Source: Octopus bimaculoides
Lineage: Eukaryota
Assembly: GCF_001194135.2 (NCBI RefSeq)
Contig: NC_068982.1
Location: 88,476,425 to 88,516,223 of the forward strand
Reading direction: 5' to 3'
Length of the DNA: 39,799 nucleotides
Shown here: positions 1 through 12,959 of the stretch, in pieces
Numbering within the stretch: position 1 is the stretch's first letter
Layout of the letters: each line of letters begins with the position of its first letter
Translations under genes and position numbers: made by a program
The notes under the pieces: generated by a model
Database searches by the model: none
What the model saw: only the letters and a program-made list of their open reading frames with translations
Told to the model about the DNA's origin: nothing

Positions 1-2
1 AA

Positions 3-78
<76 letters not shown>
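1..78. repeat. (AAT)n microsatellite
   Basis: Pure AAT run directly visible; further runs at 401-435 and 1339-1398. Confidence 0.98.
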
Positions 79-81
<3 letters not shown>

Positions 82-397
82 GAAAAACTTTCAAAATACA
101 AAGACCTGGAAATAGAGATAACTCGAATGTGGAGTCTAAAAACAGAAACAATTCCTATCATAGTAGGTGCCTTAGGTATAATAAAAAAATATTCAGACAA
201 ATACATAACAAAAACACCAGGACTTACAAATATATATAACATACAGAAAATTGCACTACTGGGTACTGCACACATTCTACGCAAAACACTTTCAATACAG
301 TAAACATAAGAGCACCACAGCAAACCACAGCACATACCCAAGGCGCACAGAGCTGCGCTCGGTAGTGAAGTGAAAGCACGTTATAAAAATAAAACTA

Positions 398-400
<3 letters not shown>
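79..400 (+). mobile_element. 5'-truncated R4/Dong-like non-LTR retrotransposon: RLE endonuclease C-terminus plus 3' UTR, flanked by (TAA)n
   Basis: ORF 79-303 reads EKLSKYKDLEIEITRMW..TIPIIVGALG..QKIALLGTAHILRKTL, the typical RLE C-terminus (KxxKY). A ~100-nt UTR follows. (AAT)n lies on both sides, matching the known Dong target. Confidence 0.85.
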
Positions 401-435
<35 letters not shown>

Positions 436-437
<2 letters not shown>

Positions 438-1337
438 TGCCCCGTAAGGGCAATACTCAACACAGAGCTGAATGCAAGAAACAGGAGCAAGGGCGATACT
501 CAAGACTGAGTTGAATGCAAGAAAATGGATCGAAGCAATCAATACTTTAGCCATATTGGTCGTGACTTACAGTTTCAATATCATTAACTGGTTAATTACT
601 GAAATATGTAATCTTAACAGAAAAATACGAAAAGATTTGACAATGCATAGAATGTACCACCTTAAGGCAGGTATAGAACGACTTAGTAACAATACAGGCA
701 AAGGAATATCTAAGTGAATTCCAAATACAACAAACTCCAGAATCAGACATACTAGAAAGAAGTACAGAAAAAGCTAAGCGCATGAAAACCCGTCCTATAA
801 CTGCTGTCTTAGATATTCTCAATGATAAATGGCAAGAAATACCTCACAATGGCAAATACCCAAAGAGAGCTAATAGTGCCGATGTTGACAAAGCCCTTAT
901 ACATCAATGGTTGGTAGCTTCTGGCTTAAAATCAGAAATAAAAGTGTTTATCATAGCACTCCAAGATCAATGCCTACCTACAAGAAACTACCAGGCCAAT
1001 ATATTAAAGAAAGGCAGCTGCCCGACATGTCGCATATATCTAAATAAAAATAAAACCATTGATCATGTTGTCTCCATGTACAGCCTTCTTGCGCCTACAG
1101 AGTATTTCAACAGCCATGATAGAGCAGCACTGTATATTCACTGGGTAATTTGCAAAACCAAAAGACCTGCACCATGACAAAAATTGGTGTGAACACAAAC
1201 CACCTCCAGTGCTCGAAAATGATCACATCTCACACCTCTAGAACCTTACCATTCAAACTGACAGAAAGATACTTGCGAATAAGCAAGACATTATATTGAA
1301 AGACTTGACTTCAGACAAAAATCATTGTTTTACGAAG

Positions 1338-1340
<3 letters not shown>
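436..1340 (+). mobile_element. Degenerate R4/Dong-like fragment: post-RT thumb, zinc knuckle and start of RLE
   Basis: ILKTELNARK..EAINTLAI.VVTYSF.IINW; WL.ASGLKSE...IIALQDQCLPTRNY; decayed CCHC (CRIY..KTIDHVVSM); IQTDRKILANKQDII (PD-like motif). Frameshifts and stops are present. Confidence 0.85.
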
Positions 1341-1399
<59 letters not shown>

Positions 1400-1410
1400 T
1401 GTATATATAT

Positions 1411-1623
1411 TCTTTTACTCTTTTACTTGATTCAGTCATTTGACTGCGGCCATGTTGGAGCCCTGCCTTTAGTCGAGCAAATCGACCCTAGGACTTATTC
1501 TTTGTAAGCCTAGCACTTATTCTATTGGTCTCTGATACCGAACTGCTAAGTTACGGGGACATAAACACACCAGCATCGGTTGTCAAATAATATTGGGAGA
1601 CAAACACAGACACACAAACATGT

Positions 1624-1662
<39 letters not shown>

Positions 1663-1696
1663 CATATATACGACGGGCTTCTTTCAGTTTCCGACT
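1411..1696 (-). mobile_element. SINE, family A (octopus-type, with internal CA/TA microsatellite), cut by the gap
   Basis: Collinear with copies at 27095-27442 and 38130-38432 (ttcagtcatttgactgcggccatg..gtcgagcaaatcgaccc..gacgggcttctttcagtttcc). Confidence 0.85.
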
Positions 1697-2469
1697 NNNN
1701 NNNNNNNNNNNNNNNNNNNNNNNNNNNNNNNNNNNNNNNNNNNNNNNNNNNNNNNNNNNNNNNNNNNNNNNNNNNNNNNNNNNNNNNNNNNNNNNNNNNN
1801 NNNNNNNNNNNNNNNNNNNNNNNNNNNNNNNNNNNNNNNNNNNNNNNNNNNNNNNNNNNNNNNNNNNNNNNNNNNNNNNNNNNNNNNNNNNNNNNNNNNN
1901 NNNNNNNNNNNNNNNNNNNNNNNNNNNNNNNNNNNNNNNNNNNNNNNNNNNNNNNNNNNNNNNNNNNNNNNNNNNNNNNNNNNNNNNNNNNNNNNNNNNN
2001 NNNNNNNNNNNNNNNNNNNNNNNNNNNNNNNNNNNNNNNNNNNNNNNNNNNNNNNNNNNNNNNNNNNNNNNNNNNNNNNNNNNNNNNNNNNNNNNNNNNN
2101 NNNNNNNNNNNNNNNNNNNNNNNNNNNNNNNNNNNNNNNNNNNNNNNNNNNNNNNNNNNNNNNNNNNNNNNNNNNNNNNNNNNNNNNNNNNNNNNNNNNN
2201 NNNNNNNNNNNNNNNNNNNNNNNNNNNNNNNNNNNNNNNNNNNNNNNNNNNNNNNNNNNNNNNNNNNNNNNNNNNNNNNNNNNNNNNNNNNNNNNNNNNN
2301 NNNNNNNNNNNNNNNNNNNNNNNNNNNNNNNNNNNNNNNNNNNNNNNNNNNNNNNNNNNNNNNNNNNNNNNNNNNNNNNNNNNNNNNNNNNNNNNNNNNN
2401 NNNNNNNNNNNNNNNNNATATATATAAATATATATATATGTATATACATATTATATATATTGATACATA

Positions 2470-3124
2470 TTTATACATAATTAGGATAAAAATCATTATT
2501 TAATGATATATCAATGGCCAGCATATTAAAAATACCATAAAGGTTCATTTATGTTAGAATTATAATAAGGGTGCTGAATGATTACAACACTAGTCTGCTA
2601 GAAATAGACCCCAAATGGTCTAAGAACCACTTAGATTATTACTTCACTACACAAGGTTCTAAGAGAGGTAAATAGACATCGTGGACTTTATAAAATAATT
2701 TGGATAGTCCCTACTCTACAGATTTCCCGGTTTGAGTTATTAAGAAACACTTCTGATCATCAGTGGAAACATACCTAAACGTAAATAAATGGAAAATAGA
2801 TTATATATACCTCCATAAGCACAAATAATGTGCATACATTTCGACGTATTCACGAATTACAATCTAAGCACCTATTTCAACCATGTGCTTATTTACTCAT
2901 AATAGTTCTGCAGTAAATATGTTATAGGAGCGAGTTAATATATATTTTTATACATAATTAGGATAAAATCATTATTTAATGATTTATCAGTGGCCAGCAT
3001 ACTAAATATACCATAAAGGCTAATTTATATTAAAATTATAATAAGAGTGCTGAATGATTACAACAACAGTCTGCTACAAATAGACCCCAAATGGCGTATG
3101 AACCACTAAGATTATTATTCCACT
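2470..3124 (+). repeat. Diverged ~180-bp direct repeat (2470-2649 and 2948-3124)
   Basis: Both copies read ttatacataattaggataaaa..tggccagcata..ataccataaagg..gtgctgaatgattacaaca..agtctgcta.aaatagaccccaaatgg..gaaccact.agattatta. Confidence 0.9.
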
Positions 3125-3817
3125 ATATGTATATATATTCATGCGTAAGTATGTGTACCCATGTATGTATGTAGAATGTATATGTGTATATATCGGTACA
3201 CACACACACACACACACACGCACACACACACACACATACACACATACACACACACACACACACACATATATATAGTCTTGAAATAACTGACAATTCGATG
3301 CAGTTTAGCGCAGATCCTTTCACATTGTCCACCATTATTAAGAATCGGTTTGAAGTTGCGAATAAACGAAGAAAGTTAATTTTTGCTCACTACTTAAGGG
3401 CTGCAATGCTCGAAGACATTGACACAGCAGCTTTTCTATTCTTTAAAATGCAAAAGAAGATAAGGATTTCAATGAATAGCTAGTCGTTTATTCAAATGAC
3501 AGCTTTTGGATGTGGAAAATTATTGCGTTACACTCATGTTAAGGCCATTGCATAGTGATTGAATTCATTTTACGACCGATACGATACAACAGCTGCAGTT
3601 TCCTGCTGTAAAGTATCTTATGTCCCAGTGTCAAAACGAATGTTGATATGTAACATCAACCGCTTTACCACGTCTCTTTTAGAGTTTTAGTATTCTTCGT
3701 TAGAGTATTGTATTTTATTTTCTGAATATCTCGAAGTTTGAAGTGCAATAACATGATAAAATACAAAAAGAACATATCTGAATATATATGAAATACATAT
3801 ACATGCATGTGTGTGCG

Positions 3818-3880
<63 letters not shown>
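3818..3880. repeat. (TATC)n microsatellite
   Basis: Pure tetranucleotide run directly visible. Confidence 0.95.
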
Positions 3881-5689
3881 TTATGCACATATGTGTGTGT
3901 AGGTATGTAAGCCTATATGNNNNNNNNNNNNNNNNNNNNNNNNNNNNNNNNNNNNNNNNNNNNNNNNNNNNNNNNNNNNNNNNNNNNNNNNNNNNNNNNN
4001 NNNNNNNNNNNNNNNNNNNNNNNNNNNNNNNNNNNNNNNNNNNNNNNNNNNNNNNNNNNNNNNNNNNNNNNNNNNNNNNNNNNNNNNNNNNNNNNNNNNN
4101 NNNNNNNNNNNNNNNNNNNNNNNNNNNNNNNNNNNNNNNNNNNNNNNNNNNNNNNNNNNNNNNNNNNNNNNNNNNNNNNNNNNNNNNNNNNNNNNNNNNN
4201 NNNNNNNNNNNNNNNNNNNNNNNNNNNNNNNNNNNNNNNNNNNNNNNNNNNNNNNNNNNNNNNNNNNNNNNNNNNNNNNNNNNNNNNNNNNNNNNNNNNN
4301 NNNNNNNNNNNNNNNNNNNNNNNNNNNNNNNNNNNNNNNNNNNNNNNNNNNNNNNNNNNNNNNNNNNNNNNNNNNNNNNNNNNNNNNNNNNNNNNNNNNN
4401 NNNNNNNNNNNNNNNNNNNNNNNNNNNNNNNNNNNNNNNNNNNNNNNNNNNNNNNNNNNNNNNNNNNNNNNNNNNNNNNNNNNNNNNNNNNNNNNNNNNN
4501 NNNNNNNNNNNNNNNNNNNNNNNNNNNNNNNNNNNNNNNNNNNNNNNNNNNNNNNNNNNNNNNNNNNNNNNNNNNNNNNNNNNNNNNNNNNNNNNNNNNN
4601 NNNNNNNNNNNNNNNNNNNNNNNNNNNNNNNNNNNNNNNNNNNNNNNNNNNNNNNNNNNNNNNNNNNNTATTTTTAAAAAAAAAAAAAAAAAGAAAAGAA
4701 AATTGGCTTATTTTCGTTTTGATTTTAGCGTTTAGCATGAGGTGGGCAATTTGTTTCGTATGCTAAAAATCTTGATAGAGTGATACTTTAAGTTGTAATG
4801 TAAATCAACGCAAAGTCAGACATTACATTTATATAGAATGCTCAACAATATTATTTTGCATTATTTTGAGTTCTTTTTCAACTGAATTACTTTATAATAC
4901 CCTTCTTTGAATACTGTAAGTTTGTATTTTAAGTTCTAACATATGTCCAGTATTATTTTCAAACAAATATGCCCGCATACCAATTGATAAACCGCTTATT
5001 AAACGTTGAATACACCTCACAGAAGATTTCAGTAAGAAAAAACGCTTTCGAAGAGTTTGATATTTTAGAAACCCTTATCAAAAAATTTAAAACATAACTT
5101 TAGGACCAGGTTCTCTTCACTTTGAAACCATGAAAAAGTCAACTGACTTGTGAGAAATATAACTCTCAAGAAATATAAGGTTTCTAGTTTAAACTGGTGC
5201 CCAATCTAATGAAAATCAGGGGGCAAAAACACATTTTCGGGAAAGCAGACAAATCTTTAGATATACATGAAATGCTGTAAGGCGTTGATATCGCTCTCTT
5301 GAAAAGATGGCTTCAAGAACAGACATAAAAACACTCTTAATACTTAACTCCGTATAAATAATGATGCGCATCTTATTACCTCGAATCCATGGACGGTAAT
5401 CAAGAAGCCCGAACGATAGGGAATGCATGTAACTGTCAAGGACCATGAATCGACTTCGTTTTAGGTGTAGATTCATTAATTCAAAGAAAACGGAGTGAAG
5501 AAGAATTAGGATAGTTATTTAACATAAATTAACCTATATACCAAAGGCTCTATCCCCAAATCTGTGAAAATACTGAATGATTTGTCAGTTTCAGTTTATT
5601 ATTGATAACCGCGAATAGCTTATTCACACAATTTAATAAAATTGATTATTATTCATCAATAAAACACTTCGTCAAAACCAATGGTTTTA

Positions 5690-6010
5690 TAAATACTTCT
5701 TACTACTGTCATGAATAACGAACTACAAATAAATATGTAAAAAAAAAATGAAATTCTTATTCCGACAGTAGATGTAATGGGAAACCGACGACATTTTTTT
5801 TGAGTATATGTACCACAAAATGTTCGATATCGTCAATGGATTACTTTATAGTGATGATGGTCTCTTAATATCAAAGAATAAAATCGGAGAGCAGACAGGT
5901 GTACAAAGTACTTTTAAAAAATCATGTATTCACTTGAATCCGAAAATCACAGTAAATCTTAGTCTGAAAACTGATAACTATGTGAATGTAATTTCAACGT
6001 AACTACTACA
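5690..6010 (+). mobile_element. Penelope-like element RT fragment (decayed)
   Basis: DVMG...NGLLYSDDGL..SKNKIGEQ..TF....KITVNLSLKTDNYVNV resembles the PLE RT consensus FDV.MG...N.GLYRDDGL..F....ITI..NLK.VDFLDV. Confidence 0.55.
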
Positions 6011-7009
6011 ATATCGAATAATTAAGACGCTATAAGAAAACAAAAATAATCGCCCTCTCTACTTTCTCAACGTGTCAAACGTACGAATTTCGACAACTGT
6101 TAGGTATGGGGAGTGTTTATAATTATACATTGATACGGTAGAAATTTCTAGGGAATTAATTGGATGTAATACACAAATTATAGAGTGATGGAATAGAAAC
6201 TTTCTAAGGTCTGATACTCCGTTTTCGATTCATTTGAGATTAAACATCTAGAATTAAATAACATATTCCTCCAGACCTTAAGCTTAGACAAGGAAAACCG
6301 GTCTTTCATGAAAACTGTTAATATCGATATGACAATAGGTGATTTTTATTATTTAAGTTGATTGCTGCGTGTTCCCAGTCGCTAGTTATGTGAATTACGC
6401 CATCGATATTCTTCAAGTAAAATTAGGTCTTCAACTTGCAGAAGACTCTTCTTAATGGAATTCCAATATATTTCCGGTTTCAACTGATTGTCTAAAAAGA
6501 TATCTGGCATGCCAAATTTTATGGGACTTGTTGTCGGAAATCAAATTCCTTTTTTCCTTTTGTTTTTTTCACTACCTGAAGGGAGAAATGCAAACTACGA
6601 CAGGACCTCCGTGATGCAGGTACAGATACCCTGTGCAAAAACAAGGTGTATTAGTCCGATTGCTCCAATAATGAGATAAAAACGTAATTCTCCTTCGTAA
6701 GGAAAATCAAAAATTTGCTTTAGTACTATTGAACATACAGATGTCGATGGTTGTAGAAGATCAATTCCGTGAAATCCATTATGGATTAAGTGTCAGTAAG
6801 TCGCATCTGATATGATATGTTTTAAGAATACTTCAAAAGAAATAAAGTAAATAGAGTAAGGGACTGCACATGAACTTTGTAGATCTTAGCAAATTGTTCG
6901 ATATTCTGAACAGAAATGGAGCGCGGAAAATCATTTAAAAGACTGGGATAACCCCTACTAATTCTTCAATACCTGTATTCTTAAGCATCACAGTAAAAAA
7001 ACAACAAAA

Positions 7010-7400
7010 AAACACAACTCCCAAAGCCCTGGCCTATAGGTAAACGTGTACGATCGAAATGTGTCTTCTCTCTCACTTCCTCAACTGCTTCAGCATGATG
7101 CTTCTAGGAACCAACGAGTACCAGGATGTGTAGACATCTCCGTCCAATATTTTATTGAAGGCAGCCTGTTCATCTTGAGGCGACAGCAGTTGCTCCCTAT
7201 GATACTGTAATGATTTATCACTAATTGTTCCTTGGCGATGTTGTCCTCACACAGCAGTTAATGCAGAGGCTGCCAAGCTCTTTAGTCTGCAAGTTAGTTT
7301 GAGGAAGATAGGAATTTTACTCCACCTGCACCTCAAGAAATTTATTATGTTCCTTGCATGACTCGGCAAGAGTGAACCGAAGACAATATTTTAGTTTGCC
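7010..7400 (-). mobile_element. Possible very old RTE-type LINE 3' remnant
   Basis: Weak peptide resemblance only (EDNIAKEQL; WYSLVPRS; HAEAVEEVREK) to the RTE RT C-terminus. Confidence 0.25.
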
Positions 7401-10219
7401 ACCTTGGATAAACAAAGAGACCAACAAAAGGCTGGCAAACCAGACAATCTAAGCAGCAAGCACCTGAAAAAGAAAATGCACAAATGCGTGAATAGAGTGT
7501 CATTGCGCTGATCATACCTAAAACACGATCAATCCTCCTGACAGCAACATCTACAAAACCCCTACATCCTTCCTTTATTGTCTAGAGTTCGTCCCTCCTT
7601 CCATTACTCTTACACCCTTAAGCCAACACAATATACTTTCCGCTTTCTTCTATCTTACTCTTCCATTTTCTACCATGGCGTGCAGCATGTCACACACGTG
7701 CCAAATCATGTCTCAAGTCTATATACTCCATTTCTTCTGGTATTCTCTGCCTATGCACTAATACTTCCTTGTCATCTCCTACTGCTAACAATCCAGTCAC
7801 TCAAAATGACAGTACAACTCGCTCGCCTCTTTTGTTTTCTCCCTCCAGAGATTTTATGTTTTGCTCCTAACAGGTCCCTTATTACACTGCCCACAGAATA
7901 TCTACTAATGTACTTCCTTTTGTTTGTAAGTATATACTACAATAAGAACATTATATCAAGACAACATGCGCTCCAGCGGCACACTTGTGCGTGAATGTAT
8001 CAGTGTACATACACATATACATTTGTGCACATACAGAGACACATATATAAATATTCATTATTTAGCAACAGTTTTACGCGGCTCCATGCAACTTAAATTT
8101 TCATTGACTCGTAGAACGAACCACTATTTCGAGATCAAACGCCTGACGAGTTAGGTTCGTTCAGCGAGCCCAATAAAGTTACATAGAGCCAAGTCTAACT
8201 GTGATTAAATAATACATACAACTCTTACCAAATGCGAATCGCTTCCTTGATGCTTATCCAAAATTTGAAACCCTGGTGTAGAGTTTTCTACCCATTATTC
8301 TCGGTATTAGCACTTGGAAATTTATGAGGGTCAACTATCACGCTTTGTTTCGTTCTATTGTTCTAGTTAACATTCGTAGGCTGGATACTGTTTAATAGAG
8401 GCAAACTTACTTATTTTCCACTGGTCTCTAATCTACATTCAATTTTCCAGCCTGTACAGATAGTACCCAAACTTAATTCCATTTCTTTTCGCCACTTTCG
8501 CCTGGTGCCTACCCAAAGGAGCGCCTCAGTAATGACTTGTCATCGGTGGGGTATACAACTTTCACCCTATTTATTTGTCAAATCTTTCTCTCTCTTTCTT
8601 CTATCTATCATCTAGCAGTCAGCAAAAGATGAACTCATCTACCTAGAGAATGGATGACAGAAATGCAAATATTCTTTGTACAACAACAGCTCGAGGAAGT
8701 TCCTTCTTATGTTTTAATGATGAAATAAAAACCATTTAAAGTAATATTTTTCTCATATTGTTTATTAGGTGCATAAAACCGTTACACACACACAAGCGTG
8801 CGCGCTCGCATACGCACACGCACACGCACACGCACACATATATGTATATATTTATGCATGTATGTATGTGTATGGATATACAAATGAGTGAAAGTATATG
8901 TATAAATGGTGTGCAGAAGTGAATGAAGAGAAAACAAACAGAAGGTAAAAACAATGAAAAGATATATCACGCGTACAAAAGAAATTGTAAACAGACAAAA
9001 GAGAAAAATCAGAAATTGAATTGCGACAACAGATGTCAAGAGGTTCAGATCAATCAACTAGTATACAACTGAAGCATTTGTCTGTAAGTGTAATTAGAAT
9101 CGAAAGAAAAGTATATTTCCGAGATGTTACCGTTAACTAAATTCTTTCAATCGGCTGCCTAACAACTGTCAATTACCAGTTTTCAGTTTTGTGGTGGGGC
9201 TCCTGTGACAACTGAGAATTCCTTTTATATGGTTCAATAGATTAAAACAAAGCGAAAATTATATAGAAAATGATATTTATGATTCTGAAGTATATTAGAA
9301 GTTCGTAAACGTTATTTACATTAAGTCACATTATTCAGAAATAAAATTCAATTTGTAGACTAGACTCATCGAGACTTTGATCTCATAAATCAAAAGACGA
9401 CAATTAAATATTTTCCTTGCATCCGAATTCTTCCGTATTCCACTGCCTCTTTGTTCAGCTAAGATGTTACTAATTTATTCAAATATGATCATTGAAAACC
9501 GACGCCTGTTATCTACTGCAGAACATCGTTATCTTTTCCTTTGAAGTAATGTGGATTAGTAATGCGTAATTAATTTCCGTTATTTGACTTTTGACTCAGG
9601 CAAGAGTGCTTTCAATTTACTTTCACGATCGATATTACGTTACGTGCACTAAAAACCTCATTTTCGAAGGTCATATTTTATGAAATTGTATTAATACAAT
9701 CATTCAGCTTCCCTTAAGTGTGAAATCGAAACCTGATCTTAGCTTCATTAACTAGTGTTTTGCTTCTTCTAAAAAGCCAATAACAATTACATATCATATG
9801 TACATTATTATAGTGAATGCTACATTTTGAGAAGAGAACAACATTTTGATATTTTGATCTAGATACTTTTTGTATGAGCATATTAGTTCCATGAGTAAGC
9901 TACAAGTGTAAAGTAAATTTGCAATGCTCTCTACAACACACCACGTAAAATACCAGAGTCTGTTCATTAGACGTAAAACTGGGAGATACATAACGCGAAG
10001 GTAAATGGTCTGCATAGACGGATCAATTTGTGATAATTTCTTAGAGACATAGAAATATTTCTTCAAATGTTTATAGCGTTAACTCTCTTACAATAAATTT
10101 ACCTTCGTTCGTTTGTCTGTTCCTAACCAATAAAAGAAAAAAATTCAAGTTAAACGATGTCAAAATATAAACAAAAAATCTGAATCGTAAATTGTTTGCT
10201 TTAGAAAACAAATATGTGG

Positions 10220-10395
10220 GTTGATCTTTATATCGTGGCACTCCGTCGGTTACGATGACAAGGGTTCCACTTAATCCGATCAACAGAACAGCCTGCTTGT
10301 GAAATTAAATACTAACAATGTCTAGTCTGGGAATCGAAACCGCGATCCTATGACTGCAATCCGCTGCCCTAACCATTGGGTCATTGCACCTCCAC
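10220..10395 (-). mobile_element. tRNA-headed SINE, family B, internally deleted
   Basis: Minus strand 10395-10325 reads GGAGGTGCAATGACCCAATGGTTAGGGCAGCGG..GGTTTCGATTCCCAGAC (A and B boxes). The 3' part gttgatcgga..gaaccct.gtc.tcgtaaccgacggagtgcc is shared with 31505-31590. Confidence 0.7.
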
Positions 10396-10671
10396 GCTTT
10401 TATATATGCTCCGCTCAAGGATGTATGATGTATTTAGTAAAAGATGCAAAGGAATAGACCAAACCTCTCAATTGAAGTTCAAAGAGACTAAAAGTTGTCT
10501 AGAGTTGTCATCATACTATTAACGATCAGCCTCTCACCTCAATGCTTCATGTCAGTAATTTTAATTAAAAGAACACCACTGTATTCTCACCTACCTTTCC
10601 TTCCTTTGATTCAAAATAGTTATTTAATGACTTGTCTTATTTTGAAGTATGCAAATTTTACTGAATTAAAA

Positions 10672-11030
10672 TTTCTTGGCCAGGCCAAGTGGTTTCGAGT
10701 TCAATCCCACTCTGCGGCATTTTAGGTAATGCTGACCAATGCTGTTTGAATGAATTTGGCGGACGCCTGGATCTATGTAAGTATTTTTGTATATATATAC
10801 AGTTGGGTATGTATATACGTATGTGTGCCTTTGACTTTGTCTCCACCACAGCTTGACAGCCGGTGTTGGCTTTCTTATGTCCCCATAACTTAGAGGCTCG
10901 GCAAAAGTAATCCGATAGAATAACAAATTGATAGACTATTAAGTATCAGTTCAATTTATTCGGCTAAACCCTTGAAGGAGATGCCCGACATAGCAGCAGT
11001 GTAATTACTAAAACAGTCATAAGATAAAAG
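10672..11030 (+). mobile_element. Decayed SINE related to family A
   Basis: Head-like gtggtttcgagttcaatcccactctgcggcattttagg, internal TA/TG tract and a tail (tccccataacttag..ggcaaaag..ccgatagaataa..aagataaaag) matching the reverse complement of the 1411 copy. Confidence 0.6.
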
Positions 11031-12180
11031 ATTACTACCTCACCTATGACCACAATTTCATCTTCTTTAATAAGATAAAGATTGCTAAGTTCATTTCCAC
11101 GCAAACTCACGACTTGTGCTGTCGAGGGTATATTTTAGAGCTGATGTTACTCACCCTGCTCGTGTCTGGCCCCTCCTCCTTATTTCTCTCTCAATGTAGA
11201 TAGACAGATGGAGGAACAAAGTGGGCATCAGAATGAGATTGCTAGTTAATGTATCATTCATTTCCGAGATTCTGTATACTCTAAGAATATTCAGTATCAT
11301 CACTGCTAGTATGATGAGGGTGATCCGAGACTGGTATCGGTGTCATCTTCACATTATGGATGATATCCATATTGTTTGTGAAGCAGACATCCAGTATATT
11401 ATCTGCCCTGGCTGGTTGAAACACAATTTGTTCCATGAATAAAACATTGAGTAGAAGTACTACCTGTGTTTGTGCATCATTCCTGAGAGAATGAAGCCCT
11501 CGGATCATCCCACTTTGAGGAAGCTGAAGTCGCTAACAAGGAATATACTGATGTGAAGTTCTATTTTGGTTAGAACTGTTTTTGTGAGACAGTTTTCAAA
11601 TTTGTCCGTATTAATCTGGCGCATCTCGTGGACAATATGGAGTACATGTAACAAGTTATGTATACAATTTGAGTGTCACAATCTGAGTTTGAATTTGACT
11701 GCAAAACCTGAGTTGTGAGGTCCTCACTGATGTATACTGTAACTCCACCATGGGAACTTTCTCATCTGTCCATTCGTAATACAATCATACTTCGGTAAGT
11801 GGACCTCTGCACCCGCTATTGTAAATATGTGTTCCCACGACTGCTAGAACTTGATTGCATGCGGCGGAGTCTCTCAGAAAAGTGATTTTTGTTGTGGTGT
11901 TGATGTGCAACAGGCGTCTGAGATTCAATAAAAATATTGGTACGACGCTTGTGATCATGTTAGTGGTGGCCATCACTGTATCTGTTAACGGTTGTGACCT
12001 AGCGTGGTGGTGGTTGTGGTTTCAAGTCTGTATTTGATGTAACCAGGTCAGCTCTGCATAATCGTTTGAGCCATGCACATAAGAAAATTTTTGTTCAGCT
12101 GCTTCCCTTTTCTCAACATCTGGGTGAATTGATTACAAATCGAGCTTGCTTCATCACACAGCCATGGCTGCGTATATGAG
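11031..12180 (-). mobile_element. CR1/L2-like LINE fragment: APE endonuclease plus upstream region
   Basis: LRMDR*ESSHGGVTVYISEDL; FMEQIVFQPARADNILDVCFTNNMDIIHNV...SDH (APE motifs). Homologous to the 32990-34090 copy, including gatgtaaccaggtcag. Confidence 0.8.
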
Positions 12181-12959
12181 ATCTTCTGTAAAGATTAAAA
12201 CTAAACAGCTTGATAGAGAATCGCTTAAGTCAGAAATGGGTTTACTAATTTATCACACACATTAATGTTAGGATTATTTTACTTGAAATATGTTACAAGT
12301 GAGAAACCATAACAACATTTTTTATTACTAAAAGCATTGGAGTGAATTCTTTATAATTTTTGTTTAATATTTTATAATTCAGAAAATAGAATATCACTTT
12401 CCATATTTGTCGAAATGATATCTTGTTGTTGATTTTCTTCTTTGTTGGTAACACACAGATTTTTCTATATAGATCTGAGCACATTAAAAATGTCCTTTGA
12501 TATAACCACTAGTGTACTTCTAACACCACCTGTTATTATATTCGAATGCTTATCATTACACAGATGCATGATATTTTCAAAAGATGCCATAAGGCAACAC
12601 TATTTTGATACGGCTTTAGACTATGAAATATATTTGAGTCTGTAAAGAAGTATTCGAAAGAAAAGTTTAGAAATATATAGTTTGAACAAATTTAATGATT
12701 CAAATGCATATATAATTTGCTTTAAAAACATTACAAGCTAAACGTAAAGCGTCTGCACTAGCAGCAACATAACTATAACACATCTCAAATCAACTGAAAT
12801 TTAGTAAGATTCAGTGTGGGAATAAATATATTATGCAGAAATGCGTCCATGTGCTTTGAATGTGTGTGTTAGCATGTGTGTGTAAGTGTGCATGTTAATG
12901 TATGCATGTGTGTGTGTATGTGTGTGTGTATGCAAACATACAAACGAAAACACACACAC

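Noticed and set aside
2750-2775. CTGATGA on the minus strand (also 25325-25335)
   Set aside because: There is no helix II or GAAA in hammerhead geometry.
5216-5476. 86-aa minus ORF, and similar short ORFs at 3184, 7578 and 9794
   Set aside because: No motifs, no convincing splice pairs, and lengths compatible with chance.
6104-6116. 13-nt match (gtatggggagtgt) to the reverse complement of the insertion in the right arm of the 28-kb foldback
   Set aside because: Too short to exclude chance.
10325-10395. Apparent tRNA genes (also 26686-26750 and 38762-38816)
   Set aside because: They have A/B boxes but no complete cloverleaf and are attached to repeat bodies, so they are SINE or TE heads.
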